From positions 39,173 through 103,172 of the IMG/VR virus record IMGVR_UViG_3300021426_000065: a stretch of 64,000 bases of DNA; one strand, given 5' to 3'. Source of the DNA: a virus. Its lineage: Duplodnaviria; Heunggongvirae; Uroviricota; Caudoviricetes. Shown here piece by piece: positions 62,979 to 64,000 of the stretch; the stretch's first letter is position 1; every line of letters begins with the position of its first letter. A program made the translations under genes and the position numbers. The notes below the pieces were generated by a model that worked only from the letters and a program-made list of their open reading frames with translations, made no database searches and was not told where the DNA came from.

Positions 62979-64000
62979 ATTATGGCTACCTTTTATTGAT
63001 GGATTAAAATAGCAAGGTATAAGTAATGCAACAGTAGAAAATATGGGCGGCGTTTCAACCGCGGCGGCAGGGAAAATTGGAGCTTGCATGTCATTTACTG
63101 GCGCAGCAAATAGTTATTTACGCCTGTCTCCAATATTAGACGCAAATAGCGATTGCACAATTGCTTTTTGGGTTAAATTTAATAATGTAAGCGCTAATCA
63201 GTGTATATTTAGTCAACGTGTTGAAGCGTAGGCAAATGGATATACTATATTTCTAATTGGAACTGGTATTAGATTTGATGAAGGCGCATAGGCAACATAT
63301 GGTACTGTCGCGGCGAATACATGGTATCATATTGCTTGTTGTAAAGATGCGTCTAAAAAATATATTTATATAAATGGAACGCTTGTCGGTTCAACTACAC
63401 GCACAACACAAAGCGCCACAAAAGTTAATACTAATTATTCTTTAATAGGCGGTTCATAGAACTCCGCGACTGGCACACCTTCATAGGGAACTGTTAATGC
63501 TTTAAATGGATATTTAAATGATTTTAGAATATATGATAATTGCCTCTCTGCGGCAGAAGTTAAAGAGATTGCGTAGGGATTGGTATTACATTATAAGTTG
63601 GATGGCGGATTATTTGGTAATCCAAATCTAGTTCTTGGTTCAGGCACCGCCGCGACTTCAACTAATAAATGGATTGGCCATTCTGCAACAGGCGGTAACG
63701 TGTCTACACTAGAATATGATGGTGATACTCCTTGTATTAGAGTAACACGAGATGATGTAGCACAAACCTCTTGGGATTATTTAAGTTATGAAAGGTTATT
63801 ATAGTCATAGATAAAAACTAATACTACTTATACAATTACATTTGATTGTAAGCCAAGCGCAGATGGATCTATTGGATTTACTGGTTTTTCAAATGGCAAC
63901 GCTACAAATTATTTGACAGCTTCTACAACTAATGTACAAAATAATTGTTATGCCAATAAGTGGAATCATATGGTATATAGATGTGTAACAAAATCTTCTT
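62971..64000 (+). CDS. LamG/concanavalin-like domain protein, truncated by window edge (TAG=Gln)
   Basis: LWLPF, TIAFWVK, WYHIAC, LYINGTL, GYLNDFRIYDNCLS..EVKEI. Confidence 0.82.

Larger units (their letters stand above)
1..64000. mobile_element. Fragment of a large TAG-recoded bacteriophage genome (Firmicutes host inferred)
   Basis: Dense small hypothetical genes, endolysin, tail-fibre and LamG genes, no host housekeeping genes; consensus sigmaA-type promoters. Confidence 0.93.

Noticed and set aside
34597..64000. Degraded prophage with many pseudogenes
   Set aside because: Breaks are TAG only, fragments stay in frame and motifs continue across them; recoding explains this better.
51299..64000. 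Diversity-generating retroelement
   Set aside because: No reverse transcriptase and no adenine-variant template/variable repeat pair seen.

Overview
64 kb of a large, apparently lytic double-stranded DNA phage of a Firmicutes (probably Clostridia) host, judged from TTGACA/TATAAT promoters, AGAAAGGA/GGAGG ribosome-binding sites, a SpoIID/NlpC endolysin and tail-fibre genes. The phage reads TAG as sense, almost certainly Gln (code 15), so the supplied ORF track fragments many genes. Layout: (1) 1-1.7 kb, two leftward recoded genes, possibly leading into packaging genes. (2) 2-18 kb, about 45 small genes and about 5 ORF-free structured RNA candidates, each unit with its own consensus promoter. 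These are cut into about 21 cassettes by a ~50-bp tripartite palindromic repeat (GTTARA-N4-TYTAAC, N6, GCCGGC, N6, GTTARA-N4-TYTAAC). No TAG was found in these genes, several are paralogues, and orientation is mixed. (3) 18.6-20.8 kb, an origin-like palindromic region next to a recoded SF2-like helicase. (4) 21-32.9 kb, small middle genes including a kinase-like protein, two FETNSSS proteins plus a radical SAM enzyme, an HTH/initiator-like gene with iteron-like repeats, Zn-ribbon proteins and a deaminase. (5) 32.9-64 kb, a recoded multi-domain endolysin, a ~3161-aa CotH-kinase-like giant protein, a Gln/Asn-rich and ferritin-like cluster, and tail-fibre/LamG genes. The best candidate for an undescribed system is the repeat-delimited cassette array. 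No recombinase, suppressor tRNA or release factor is visible in the window. All family assignments are by eye from motifs; no searches were run.
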